Origin: Escherichia phage Ecwhy_1
Sequence record: MH791411.1
Direction: 5' to 3' (one strand)
Length of the DNA: 64,000 nt
In this document: positions 1 to 9,060 of the stretch, in pieces
Position numbering within the stretch: the first letter of the stretch is position 1
Layout: each line of letters begins with the position of its first letter
Position numbers and translations under genes: made by a program
The notes under the pieces: generated by a model
Seen by the model: the letters and a program-made list of their open reading frames with translations, nothing else
Told to the model about the DNA's origin: nothing
Databases searched by the model: none

Positions 1-224
1 TACTTTTTCCAGTACTCTGGATTTGGTGGCACTTCACCACGAACGATACTGACATGTGCTCCCCATTGTGGGTCTTTAATATCAATATGTAAGTCAGTTC
101 TGATGAAGTACTGGTAGTATCGAACCAACTGTAATGGAAGTTGCAGTACTAACCAGAAGTCCTTCTTCTTTTTCATAGTGCCACGATCTGGATCATACAC
201 CAGAGTTCCTTCCATTTCAATCAT
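1..224 (-). CDS. hypothetical protein, truncated by window edge
   Basis: Open minus-strand frame from ATG at 224..222 (MIEMEGTLVYDPDRG...) with no stop before position 1; absent from track because incomplete. Confidence 0.35.
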   Translation of the reverse strand, partial: MIEMEGTLVYDPDRGTMKKKKDFWLVLQLPLQLVRYYQYFIRTDLHIDIKDPQWGAHVSIVRGEVPPNPEYWKK

Positions 225-231
225 ATTTTAC

Positions 232-435
232 CTATAAATTTACATATATATTTTTATTTTCAATACGAACATAAGTTTCTAAAACATCTTTCGGAATTTT
301 ATTACTTGTTTTGTACCATGTAGTATTATCTACTAAAACAAAAGTTTCACCTTCAGTTTCACCAAATGTACTTAGTGCATAAATGAAGTAGTTTGGTGAT
401 GCACTACAATAAACATCAGCATTAATTTCAATCAT
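232..435 (-). CDS. hypothetical protein
   Basis: Track ORF, 67 aa, packed against neighbours on minus strand; no motif recognised. Confidence 0.4.
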   Translation of the reverse strand: MIEINADVYCSASPNYFIYALSTFGETEGETFVLVDNTTWYKTSNKIPKDVLETYVRIENKNIYVNL

Positions 436-581
436 ATTTTACACCACAATAAAGCTTAATACAACGAGTGTAATAAACACACCCACAATGGCGGTCATTT
501 CAGGGTTAGCATCGTATGTATAACGGATGCACTTTAGAAAATCTTTACCAAACTTTTTTAGTCCATTCATATATTTTCCTT

Positions 582-938
582 TCATTTCTTGTGTAAAGGG
601 TCGGCACTTTCATAATAGATTGTATCATTGTTTCGCTCAATAGTAAAACTCTTTTGACACAACTCTTCAGCTAAACCCTTAGCATAGTTTAATACATCTC
701 GGTTGAGATATACTTCTTCTTTTGGGAAGCGTGGGTACTGAATAATACGAGCACACATTCCACTTTCAAGACCACCCGTGTAGATGTATTCACACGGAAT
801 CAATTGTACACAAAATCCAAGCTTGAATGCAAACTTTCGTGTGTACTCTCTTGCTGTTTGGATATCACCAGCAATATGAATATTCCAGTACTGTGTTTCA
901 ACTGTACCTTTGTCGATGTATTTCATACTCATCTCCAA
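582..938 (-). CDS. hypothetical protein
   Basis: Track ORF, 118 aa; no motif recognised. Confidence 0.5.
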   Translation of the reverse strand: MEMSMKYIDKGTVETQYWNIHIAGDIQTAREYTRKFAFKLGFCVQLIPCEYIYTGGLESGMCARIIQYPRFPKEEVYLNRDVLNYAKGLAEELCQKSFTIERNNDTIYYESADPLHKK

Positions 939-955
939 TTATAGCATAAAAAATC

Positions 956-1351
956 CTACTTGCCCAAATCTTCTATAATTCTTTTTATGATATCATTGTT
1001 TTCCAGACATAAAGTACTGAAATTTCTACCTGTTTTTTCATTGAGTTCATTAATCTCAAGCATAAGATAACCATAAGTGATATCTTGGACCCTACTTCGT
1101 TTTACCCTTGAGTACAGTCTGATGGGTACAGATACACGAGTATTCAAAAAGAATTCTGATAAATCATAACGATATACCAGGTATTCATTCTTGTAACGTT
1201 TACGACTGTACGATTCTAAACACTGTGGGAAACGTCTATCAAACATACTACTTCTTAGTTGAAGTGTGATTGGATCTAACTTATGCGAGAAATACTTTTT
1301 GATTATTTTATTAAATCTTGTTACATGTCGTTTACGCCATCTCATAATCAA
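956..1351 (-). CDS. hypothetical basic protein
   Basis: Track ORF, 131 aa, Arg/Lys-rich; 4-nt overlap with downstream gene. Confidence 0.5.
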   Translation of the reverse strand: MIMRWRKRHVTRFNKIIKKYFSHKLDPITLQLRSSMFDRRFPQCLESYSRKRYKNEYLVYRYDLSEFFLNTRVSVPIRLYSRVKRSRVQDITYGYLMLEINELNEKTGRNFSTLCLENNDIIKRIIEDLGK

Positions 1352-1791
1352 ACCTTAAAAAATATAATAGGAAAGTATTTTGTTTCCGAATCTGAAATAC
1401 TGTTACAGTAATCTTTCAATTCATCATGGATAACATTCAAATGAATAGTAGGATAGTTCATAGGTTTCTGTACTGGGCCAGTGGCATATACGCAATCTGT
1501 TCTATCCCAACTTACATATTGGGTTGGGTAATTATCTTTAGTACGTTCTTCAATAATAATATTATATTCTGGTGTATTGAATATATACATATCACATTGT
1601 GAAATGTACTGAACATTAAAATCACCGTCAGTGAGATGGATCATGTTCCCATCGCAATATAAGCATGATGGTTCAGTGTATCCTAAAATTGAAGATAAAG
1701 TTCTGAAGTTTGCTCCTGGACCCAAATATACCAAATTCGTGTGTAAACAAATATCAATGAAACGTTTGAAGACTTCAGTTTCGTTATGCAT
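1348..1791 (-). CDS. hypothetical protein
   Basis: Track ORF, 147 aa; no motif recognised. Confidence 0.5.
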   Translation of the reverse strand: MHNETEVFKRFIDICLHTNLVYLGPGANFRTLSSILGYTEPSCLYCDGNMIHLTDGDFNVQYISQCDMYIFNTPEYNIIIEERTKDNYPTQYVSWDRTDCVYATGPVQKPMNYPTIHLNVIHDELKDYCNSISDSETKYFPIIFFKV

Positions 1792-1834
1792 ATAGATACC
1801 TTAAAAAGACCCCACATAGTGAGGTCAAACACTT

Positions 1835-2059
1835 TTAAACGTTATCATCATCCAAAGCTTCACGGTAAACATAATAAACATGCGTACCTAGAAGAACAAT
1901 GAGTACAATGAATACTAACCAGAATGGTACAAAATGCAGTACAAGTGCAAATGCCATTACGGTAATAACCATCACTACTGAACTAAAAATAAGACTAGTC
2001 GCTTTTTTAAATCCAGATAGTACATCATTCAAAACGCGTTTCATAAATGAATCAACCAT
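1835..2059 (-). CDS. small membrane protein
   Basis: 74 aa with long hydrophobic stretch (VVMVITVMAFALVLHFVPFWLVFIVLIVLLG). Confidence 0.45.
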   Translation of the reverse strand: MVDSFMKRVLNDVLSGFKKATSLIFSSVVMVITVMAFALVLHFVPFWLVFIVLIVLLGTHVYYVYREALDDDNV

Positions 2060-2636
2060 TTTTATTCCTCATATAATCCATATAGCAAGTTCTGCATAGA
2101 CTCTTGTATGATTCATCACCACCAATAAAGACTTTATCAGTACTTTCAACTATACGGGCATTCATAGTGGCTTCTTTGCCACACTTCTGATTCTCACACA
2201 CGTTCTTAAGTTCATGTATGTCATCAGCTATTTCGAACAGTCTTTGTGAACCTTCAAAAAGATTGGATTCAAAATCTGTTCGTATTCCATAACAGGAAAC
2301 ATCAACACCATAATTATCTGCTATATCAGCTAAATGGTCAATTTGTTCTCTGTTTAAAAATTGACATTCATCAACATAGATACTGTTAATGTCAACGTCA
2401 TTTTTGAGTGTTTCTTTAACTTTAAGAAGAACACTAATGTCATTTTTTGGAATTACTTCAGCCACAGCTTCGATGCCAATTCTTGAAGTAATCTTTCCTG
2501 TTCCATAACGATCATCAAGTGCACTGGTTAAGTAAATTACCTTCATTCCATTTTTCTTATGGTTATATGCTTTTTGTAAAAGATGAGTACTTTTACCACT
2601 AGACATACTACCATAGTAATATACTAATTTACCCAT
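2052..2636 (-). CDS. tk: thymidine kinase
   Basis: P-loop YYYGSMSSGKSTHLL near N-terminus, DECQFL motif, C-terminal zinc ribbon CENQKCG...CRTCY; length 194 aa typical of Tk. Confidence 0.9.
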   Translation of the reverse strand: MGKLVYYYGSMSSGKSTHLLQKAYNHKKNGMKVIYLTSALDDRYGTGKITSRIGIEAVAEVIPKNDISVLLKVKETLKNDVDINSIYVDECQFLNREQIDHLADIADNYGVDVSCYGIRTDFESNLFEGSQRLFEIADDIHELKNVCENQKCGKEATMNARIVESTDKVFIGGDESYKSLCRTCYMDYMRNKNG

Positions 2637-2967
2637 TTTTAATCCTTAAGTACGTGTGCTTACATTTTAATCTATTACCATAGGATGAAATTGGGATATT
2701 GAACATTTCTATTTTACCCTCTTTTAAAAGACGTAAAATATCTGGATCGTTTTTGGTTTGTACACAATGAAGACCATTGACTTGAATTTCTAAACCATTC
2801 TTCAGAAATTCATAAATCTTCTGTCTACGCTTCCCACCGAAACTTTCATTTCGGATAACATCTCTTAGGTCTTTATATTCTTGTTTTAATTTCCTGTCAA
2901 AAAGTGTTCCATCTTTCTTTCTGATTTCTTCAATACACTTATATTGAGTTTGTCCTCTAAGAGCCAT
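2629..2967 (-). CDS. hypothetical protein
   Basis: Track ORF, 112 aa, basic; no confident motif. Confidence 0.45.
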   Translation of the reverse strand: MALRGQTQYKCIEEIRKKDGTLFDRKLKQEYKDLRDVIRNESFGGKRRQKIYEFLKNGLEIQVNGLHCVQTKNDPDILRLLKEGKIEMFNIPISSYGNRLKCKHTYLRIKNG

Positions 2968-3436
2968 ATTTGACCTCGTTGGGATATTTCTTCATTAACT
3001 CATGTAAACGTTGAATTTCCTGATTTTTCTTATGTTCTTCATCATACTTCTTAGAAAGATTCTTTCTTGTATTTGTTTCTAATAATCTAAAATTAGTACA
3101 GAATCTATCATTTTTAGCAACGTTCTTACGTAACGCATCAAAAACAGTACTGAAATAGTTATCCAATGGAAAAGAAGTATCAGTGTAATTATAAAAATCC
3201 ATTACATTTGTCATGTTCACATGTTCAATTACCGCACCATTGTGCGTTACAATAAACATTATATCACCATAATTACAATTTGCATCAGTACGGTACAGAT
3301 ATAAATGATCACGTAAATAATCTTTTAATTTATGTTCAATACCACTTTGTTCAGTACTTTGAAATACCAAAACTTCACCATAGATTGTATTACCTTCATA
3401 ATCATTTGGTTCGCGGATAATTGTAAGGTTATACAT
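2957..3436 (-). CDS. hypothetical protein
   Basis: Track ORF, 159 aa. Confidence 0.5.
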   Translation of the reverse strand: MYNLTIIREPNDYEGNTIYGEVLVFQSTEQSGIEHKLKDYLRDHLYLYRTDANCNYGDIMFIVTHNGAVIEHVNMTNVMDFYNYTDTSFPLDNYFSTVFDALRKNVAKNDRFCTNFRLLETNTRKNLSKKYDEEHKKNQEIQRLHELMKKYPNEVKYGS

Positions 3437-3444
3437 ATAACTCC

Positions 3445-3735
3445 TTATACCGGAGATACGGTACTCAGCATTAGTAGAGCAGTGTTTTCATCAATTTCAT
3501 GTTGATTGTCGCACACTAGTGTTTCCAATAGGTCTGGATTGTAATAATAATGTTCATAATCTGTATCATTTGGAATATGGTGATAGGTGAATACAATGTC
3601 AAATACATCATCATCATTTTCACTTTTGAAACGCTTTAATTCTTCTACACTTTCAACAAAACCATACTCTTCAAAAGCAGTAGTACCATCAGTAAGTTTC
3701 ATCCATGCACTTGCGACAATTTTCATAAATTTCAA
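3445..3735 (-). CDS. hypothetical acidic protein
   Basis: Track ORF, 96 aa. Confidence 0.45.
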   Translation of the reverse strand: MKFMKIVASAWMKLTDGTTAFEEYGFVESVEELKRFKSENDDDVFDIVFTYHHIPNDTDYEHYYYNPDLLETLVCDNQHEIDENTALLMLSTVSPV

Positions 3736-3739
3736 ATCC

Positions 3740-4327
3740 TTATTCTTTTGTAATGTTTAGTTTAGAAACGAAATGGTTTTTTGCTTCTTCAAATGTCATT
3801 GAAGTATATACTGGGTTCCAATTATCGTCAAGATCTGTAAGTACTTTAACTTCCATTACATCTTCAGGTGTGTAGAATTGCCATGTGTTATGATCTGGTT
3901 CATAATTAGGGTCTAGTGTGAAAACTGTTCCATTCTGACCATAAACTTGTCCATCCTCTAATAGCTCACGAAATAAGTCTTCCCCAGTTGTTGGGTCTTC
4001 GTATGCATTATAAAAAGGAAAAACAACATTCTCAACATCAGTTCGGGTAGTACCATCGTCTTCATCATATTCAACCAAACGGTCCTGATGAAATACTAGG
4101 TCAATAGCACCAATGCGAGGTTTATTATGTGGAGTTTTGATTTCTTGCTGGGAATTGTAATCCATACGTTCAGTACTGATGAATACACCACTTGGTGTGA
4201 TTTCAATACCAGATACATTTTCTGGTGAATAATAAGAGTCACACATATCATCAATATGCATGTGCTCATGATACACTTCCATTTCAGGGTTCTGCATCAA
4301 CAGTGCTGCTAGGTCTTTTGCTTTCAA
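3740..4327 (-). CDS. hypothetical protein, paralog of 5067..5684
   Basis: N-terminus MKAKDLAALLMQNPEMEVYH...TPSGVFIST matches MKSHDLAKLLLSQPNLDIYH...TPSGIFTT of 5067..5684. Confidence 0.5.
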   Translation of the reverse strand: MKAKDLAALLMQNPEMEVYHEHMHIDDMCDSYYSPENVSGIEITPSGVFISTERMDYNSQQEIKTPHNKPRIGAIDLVFHQDRLVEYDEDDGTTRTDVENVVFPFYNAYEDPTTGEDLFRELLEDGQVYGQNGTVFTLDPNYEPDHNTWQFYTPEDVMEVKVLTDLDDNWNPVYTSMTFEEAKNHFVSKLNITKE

Positions 4328-4716
4328 TCTTCAATCTCCATAGAGTCATCACTTTCGTAATCATCACTAGTGTACTTAGTTTTTACCTCAATACCATTCT
4401 CATGAAGGTATGTGATAAAGCCATTACCATGAACGAATTGATTATAATATGTATTTTCTTCTACATGTGAGTCATAATCATCTTCGTAATATGTGGGCAT
4501 TGTAACATCATGACCAGCACTTTGCAAGTACTGGAACAATTCTTTCAGAACTACTTCGATATCACCTTCTTCTGTGCCATAACAATATGCAGGTTCACCG
4601 TGAGTGAATTTGAATCCTTTACAGGAAACTGTATAAATGTCACTCATGTTCATACCACAATCATCACATTCATGTATAGAACAATGCTGGTGGAATTTAA
4701 TCTTTTTGATTTGCAT
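4324..4716 (-). CDS. hypothetical Cys-containing acidic protein
   Basis: Track ORF, 130 aa; HQHCSIHECDDCG cysteine/histidine cluster. Confidence 0.45.
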   Translation of the reverse strand: MQIKKIKFHQHCSIHECDDCGMNMSDIYTVSCKGFKFTHGEPAYCYGTEEGDIEVVLKELFQYLQSAGHDVTMPTYYEDDYDSHVEENTYYNQFVHGNGFITYLHENGIEVKTKYTSDDYESDDSMEIED

Positions 4717-5050
4717 TTAGAAAATCCTGTAAAGATGTAGTAGACATTGGACTATCAGCACCATCATACCACAGTGATGTATATGGCTGAACTGAACTAA
4801 TATCAATACAGAATCCTTCACGCTCACATTTTCGAGCGAATTCTTCAGTAGTTAGTTTGTTACCAAAAGAAATCTCAAATTCATAACTAGACATATCAAT
4901 ATCAGTACTGTAAATCAATGTACCATCATATGTAATATGGAGTTTAGAATCTGCGTCAAAAAGACGATCTGAAATAGCTTCATAATCATCTTCAGGAACT
5001 GCTTCAATAAGACGGGCCATTAGTCCAGATGTTACGCGGTAATCACTCAT
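4697..5050 (-). CDS. hypothetical protein
   Basis: Track ORF, 117 aa. Confidence 0.45.
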   Translation of the reverse strand: MSDYRVTSGLMARLIEAVPEDDYEAISDRLFDADSKLHITYDGTLIYSTDIDMSSYEFEISFGNKLTTEEFARKCEREGFCIDISSVQPYTSLWYDGADSPMSTTSLQDFLNANQKD

Positions 5051-5066
5051 TTTTTAATCCTTTTTT

Positions 5067-5684
5067 TTATTTTTCAAGTTTATCAATAATAGAAGGTGAT
5101 ACTTTTACATTGAATTCAGAATCAGGAAAATCTTTAGAAAATGAATCAATTTGTTCTTGTGAAAGTTCTTCTTTTTGTGGAAATAACATTTTAACTAAAT
5201 TTTTACCACATTCAATTGCTTCATCATACGACATAGTTTCCCATGTTCCATGCCAAGTACTAGGTTCATATTCTGTCAGTACAGAAATGAAATCAATATC
5301 ATCGGGTGTATACCAAACAGCATTTTGATTCCCTGATGGTGCTGATTGATTTTTACCTAATAAAACAATTGGCTTTTCATAAGGAATGTTAAATATCAAC
5401 CCAGATTCTAAGTTAAGAACAGTTTGAATAGATGAACCCTCCAATTTTGGAGTAATAGTACCATCCTTAAAGAAAATTTGTACATGACCCAAGAGTGGGG
5501 TTTCATATGGTGTAAGTACATTTTCAGAAACTGATGTGGGTTTTGCCGTTGTGAAAATACCAGATGGGGTGACCATTAATTTATTATCAAAATTCTGATA
5601 ATGCAATTCACTATCCACATCATAATGATAAATGTCTAGATTTGGTTGAGATAGTAGTAATTTTGCTAAATCATGAGATTTCAT
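5067..5684 (-). CDS. hypothetical protein, paralog of 3740..4327
   Basis: Start moved to internal ATG at 5684 (MKSHDLAKLL) by paralog alignment and GGAG-type RBS upstream; track start 5714 lies inside a terminator hairpin. Confidence 0.5.
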   Translation of the reverse strand: MKSHDLAKLLLSQPNLDIYHYDVDSELHYQNFDNKLMVTPSGIFTTAKPTSVSENVLTPYETPLLGHVQIFFKDGTITPKLEGSSIQTVLNLESGLIFNIPYEKPIVLLGKNQSAPSGNQNAVWYTPDDIDFISVLTEYEPSTWHGTWETMSYDEAIECGKNLVKMLFPQKEELSQEQIDSFSKDFPDSEFNVKVSPSIIDKLEK

Positions 5685-5693
5685 TTTATTTCT

Positions 5694-5725
5694 CCAAAAG
5701 AAAAGGAGAGTCACAATGACTCTCC
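5694..5725 (-). terminator. putative intrinsic terminator
   Basis: 9-bp stem GGAGAGTCA/TGACTCTCC with CAA loop, followed on the minus strand by a T-rich run; sits after gene 5733..6173. Confidence 0.4.
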
Positions 5726-5732
5726 ATATATT

Positions 5733-6173
5733 TTATTGTAAAACTTTGAGTTTGTAAAGCATTCCTTCACAAAAACTCATAATGTCTTCTAGCGTGTTAG
5801 TACTACCATAGTCTTCAGCCTCTTCTAGCATAGCATGAATGGCTTTACATTGACTAACATATTCTTCAAGAATTGGTACACAATCCTCGATAGGGGTAAA
5901 ACGATAACTGTTACCAGTACCTACCTGCAATGCCCCGCGAGTGTTCATAATACCCTCTACAAATGCATCAACGTACTCAGGTAACTCTTTGTATAGTTCA
6001 TCCAATTGTAGGTGCTTCGTGTAGAAATGGCTCTGTAAATGCCAGTTGTGAGCAGCAGCACTTAAAAATAAACTATTCTCAATAAATGTAAGTAGTACTT
6101 CATCATAAGAACTATCTTCTTCAGTATCTCCGATAAAGTCCATTACATGTCGTAAATCATTAATATTTTCCAT
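5733..6173 (-). CDS. hypothetical acidic protein
   Basis: Track ORF, 146 aa. Confidence 0.5.
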   Translation of the reverse strand: MENINDLRHVMDFIGDTEEDSSYDEVLLTFIENSLFLSAAAHNWHLQSHFYTKHLQLDELYKELPEYVDAFVEGIMNTRGALQVGTGNSYRFTPIEDCVPILEEYVSQCKAIHAMLEEAEDYGSTNTLEDIMSFCEGMLYKLKVLQ

Positions 6174-6203
6174 AAATCTCTCCTTAGAGTTATTCTATGG
6201 TAT

Positions 6204-6632
6204 TTAGTTAATAATAAAGGTAACTTCAGGATTCATTTCTGAAACTGCATTTCTCTTACTTCTATTCCATAGTACTCTATTGTTATATAATGAAGAATCA
6301 CAAATTATAAGTAAGCAATTCCTTAATCTACTTACAGTACTTTGATTACTTAAATCAGTTTCTGTAACAAAAAATACATTATCAGGAACTTCTACAGGAA
6401 TTGATTTATCAAAGAAGAAAACTACAATAGGTCTGTTTGTATGAACTAAATTAATAAAGTCTAAAATACTGTTATAAAATTCAGTTCCTTTGTTTAAACT
6501 TAATGGATCTTTGATTCTCTTCAAATAGGTCTGAACCAAATTATGATCGCTTTTGATTTGATACTCAAAATATTCTTTGAATAACATTTGTGTTAATTCA
6601 GATGTATTGGATATTTTCGTTGTGTTACTCAT
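6204..6632 (-). CDS. hypothetical protein
   Basis: Track ORF, 142 aa. Confidence 0.5.
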   Translation of the reverse strand: MSNTTKISNTSELTQMLFKEYFEYQIKSDHNLVQTYLKRIKDPLSLNKGTEFYNSILDFINLVHTNRPIVVFFFDKSIPVEVPDNVFFVTETDLSNQSTVSRLRNCLLIICDSSLYNNRVLWNRSKRNAVSEMNPEVTFIIN

Positions 6633-6718
6633 TCACTTCGTTCTCTCGTAACTCAAGAAGTCACTACGTTTACTTCGTAAACTAGTTCCTTCTGAAAATG
6701 ATAATGTACTTTAAAAGC

Positions 6719-7260
6719 TTGACGGGATTTGTTGAGGACTATTTCATCCCCCCGCAGGGGAATGAAGGTAATAAAAAAGAGACAATTAAGTCTCTCTTGA
6801 CGATGATGGCATCGGATATTATCGAATTGCGAATTTCTCAAATTTTGGACGGATCTTTCCTGTACCAAAATTTAGAGAGCGAAAGCGGGTTGCTCGGTTT
6901 CTCTCTATCGCAGTCATATGCAACGGTCGCTGGTCTTTTCATCAACAGCACTCAGTACTAAACTCTATTCGATCAAAGTAGTACCTGTTCTCAAATTTTG
7001 GACGCAACTTTCTTGTAAAATCGCGTCCACAATCCTTGAACTCCCTTAGCAAATTCGTAAGGTGCGAACCTTATACATCTATCTAGGAACTCTCTGTGTG
7101 CTTATTGGAGTTCTTTATACAGCCGTGTCGCCGTGATTCGTGGTCTTATCTCGTGTTTGTTTGATTGCCAGTACTCTAACAGGTTTCTTTTGCTGTTCGC
7201 TACAACGGTAAAGCTCATCTATCCTTTACATTTTCAAGAGAAGTAGGTTCTCATTATCCA
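6719..7260 (+). ncRNA. candidate structured non-coding element, copy A (paralogous to 57533..58016)
   Basis: Largest intergenic gap; long near-identical blocks shared with copy B; GNRA-capped hairpins in plus-strand sense (GC-GAAA-GC, TAAGGT-GCGA-ACCTTA); no conserved ORF; strand assignment tentative. Confidence 0.4.
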
Positions 7261-7322
7261 TTTTTCAATGTCCGTTGTCATTTTACAATATACATTATAT
7301 CACTAGGATGTATTATGTCCCG

Positions 7323-7736
7323 TTACATGTATACCTTTTTCAAATCCTTGGAACAACGGTCAAAAATTGTGTTGATGAATTCGACATCCTCTTTGATATT
7401 GGAGTCTATAGCATCATTCTCGTTTCTTGTTGTGTTCCTGTATTTGTGTTCAGGGTGATTGTATACCACCTTGACTACATTATTTAGGTCTACAAAAAAT
7501 GACGATTTTTGCGTATAGGAAGCCTGAAGCTTGATGAGTTTACCATCGTTTTGTAGATTAGTCTTGTGAATTAGTTCTTCAATACCATCTAAATGGCTAT
7601 AGCTATCCTGTTCTTTGACGAATGTAACAGTTACCAGTACTGACTTCTCATCTCCAAAGTCAGAGATATTTTTAACAGCACTGATGATTTCTAAGTTTGA
7701 AAAATCTAATTCTTTTAGCATTACAAATATTTCCAC
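7323..7736 (-). CDS. hypothetical protein
   Basis: Track ORF, 137 aa. Confidence 0.5.
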   Translation of the reverse strand: MEIFVMLKELDFSNLEIISAVKNISDFGDEKSVLVTVTFVKEQDSYSHLDGIEELIHKTNLQNDGKLIKLQASYTQKSSFFVDLNNVVKVVYNHPEHKYRNTTRNENDAIDSNIKEDVEFINTIFDRCSKDLKKVYM

Positions 7737-8077
7737 AAAGTTCGATAAGTGATAATTTCTTCTCTGGTAACAGAAACTTCATAGCACTTAACACCATCAG
7801 TTTCATTTCTGAATGGTTCTGCTGGTCTATCTTCTGTTAAACCTCGTTCATACGTACAATGATAATATTTGTTCGTGTTCATGTCAAGAAAAACTAGATC
7901 AAATTCTTCTGTCCATCGTCTATGCCCTTTACTTTCATTACTAATGATTTTGTACTTAACATCGGGATTGAATGATTCAGTACTGTCATCCCATGTACCA
8001 TAGTCAGTATATTCATCATCTTCATCTAACTCTGCCAGATGCCACATTAACTGCGGTAAAAAGATTTTAGATTTCAT
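7721..8077 (-). CDS. hypothetical protein
   Basis: Track ORF, 118 aa; same upstream hairpin/TTTTGGAGAAA arrangement as gene 5067..5684. Confidence 0.5.
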   Translation of the reverse strand: MKSKIFLPQLMWHLAELDEDDEYTDYGTWDDSTESFNPDVKYKIISNESKGHRRWTEEFDLVFLDMNTNKYYHCTYERGLTEDRPAEPFRNETDGVKCYEVSVTREEIITYRTLWKYL

Positions 8078-8088
8078 TTATTTTCTCC

Positions 8089-8121
8089 AAAAAAATAGGG
8101 ACTCGATTTCTCAAGTCCCTA
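8089..8121 (-). terminator. putative intrinsic terminator
   Basis: 8-bp stem TAGGGACT/AGTCCCTA followed on minus strand by T7 run; immediately downstream of HNH gene. Confidence 0.4.
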
Positions 8122-8131
8122 TCATAACATA

Positions 8132-8743
8132 TTAATTGTGATTATTCAATTTCTTTTGTTCTTTTTTTAGAGCTTTCATATGTCGTCCAAAATCACGAAC
8201 ATGCCATATATGGTCGGTTTCCCATAGTTCTGTACGTAAACGGCGTTCTTCCAATTCTTCTGGCGTAGGAATTTTAGATTTCTTCTTATCTTTATTGAAA
8301 AAATCATTCATATGTTCTTCCAGTAGATTTCTACCCTTAACTTTTTCCAGGAATTCATCTACTGATTCAGTTTTATTAGAACGAAGACTGTTACAACGTG
8401 AACACATGGTGTTGTAATTTGACTCTAAATCAGGTCCACCCTTAGATGCTAGTTGGTTATGATCTACTGTCATCAGTACTTCATATAGACCACAAACTGC
8501 ATAGACATTTAAGTGAGGTTTACCATATACCGGATCAGTGCTATGTGAACGCTCAATGCGAACTTCAGTGGCTTCAATACCACACGCAACGCATTTACGA
8601 TTCTTAACGAATGTAAGTACTTTTTGTGGGAAGTATCGGAAAGTAACACCGTTATATGTATAGCGTTTCATCTGTGTACTTCTTTGATTTAACTCATCAA
8701 GAAGTGATAGTTTGGCAACATAGTAGACCTGATATTTTGACAT
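8132..8743 (-). CDS. HNH endonuclease, possible homing endonuclease
   Basis: CVACG zinc-knuckle followed by TVDHNQLASKGGPDLESNYNTMCSRCNSLRSNK, matching the HNH pattern DH..GG....N...C..CN..K. Confidence 0.6.
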   Translation of the reverse strand: MSKYQVYYVAKLSLLDELNQRSTQMKRYTYNGVTFRYFPQKVLTFVKNRKCVACGIEATEVRIERSHSTDPVYGKPHLNVYAVCGLYEVLMTVDHNQLASKGGPDLESNYNTMCSRCNSLRSNKTESVDEFLEKVKGRNLLEEHMNDFFNKDKKKSKIPTPEELEERRLRTELWETDHIWHVRDFGRHMKALKKEQKKLNNHN

Positions 8744-8745
8744 TT

Positions 8746-9060
8746 TTAATCCTCGGATTTAATTTTAACCTTAACATCTTGATTTTGTAAATCACGAATA
8801 GTTTTAATTAATGCATCATGTTTTAGTGCACAGTCATTGTACATTGCATCCCATTTTACGAGTACTGCAAGAATTTCAGCACCATCATATCCTCTGAACC
8901 CGTTTTTATCGACCATGATTTTACTTGGTAGTGGTGTATTTTCGTCACAACGTTCAAGTAAGATTTCTTGTTCTACAATTGGCTTAGGTTGATACTTAAT
9001 TTCTTCAGCACAACCACTAATTAATAGAAAAGAAATTGCAAATACTAAAGCGTATTTCAT
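8746..9060 (-). CDS. lipoprotein, possible o-spanin
   Basis: Signal peptide with lipobox LISGC; 4-nt overlap with the upstream membrane/coiled-coil gene as in two-component spanins. Confidence 0.4.
   Translation of the reverse strand: MKYALVFAISFLLISGCAEEIKYQPKPIVEQEILLERCDENTPLPSKIMVDKNGFRGYDGAEILAVLVKWDAMYNDCALKHDALIKTIRDLQNQDVKVKIKSED

Noticed and set aside
2629-2967. HNH or other homing endonuclease next to tk
   Set aside because: Only a single His/Cys-containing stretch and no DH...N...CxxC pattern; left as hypothetical.
6653-6868. Minus-strand ORF (71 aa) inside element copy A, and the analogous 57558..57773 inside copy B
   Set aside because: The two translations are not conserved although the underlying DNA blocks are; the nucleotide conservation pattern fits an RNA or DNA element, not a protein.
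6719-7260. Group I intron, tRNA, RNase P RNA or tmRNA identity for the two-copy element
   Set aside because: No conserved P7-type GACUA/UAGUC pairing shared by both copies, no tRNA T-loop or acceptor pattern, no RNase P P4 sequence; flanking ORFs are complete and unrelated, so the element does not interrupt a gene. Left as an unclassified candidate.
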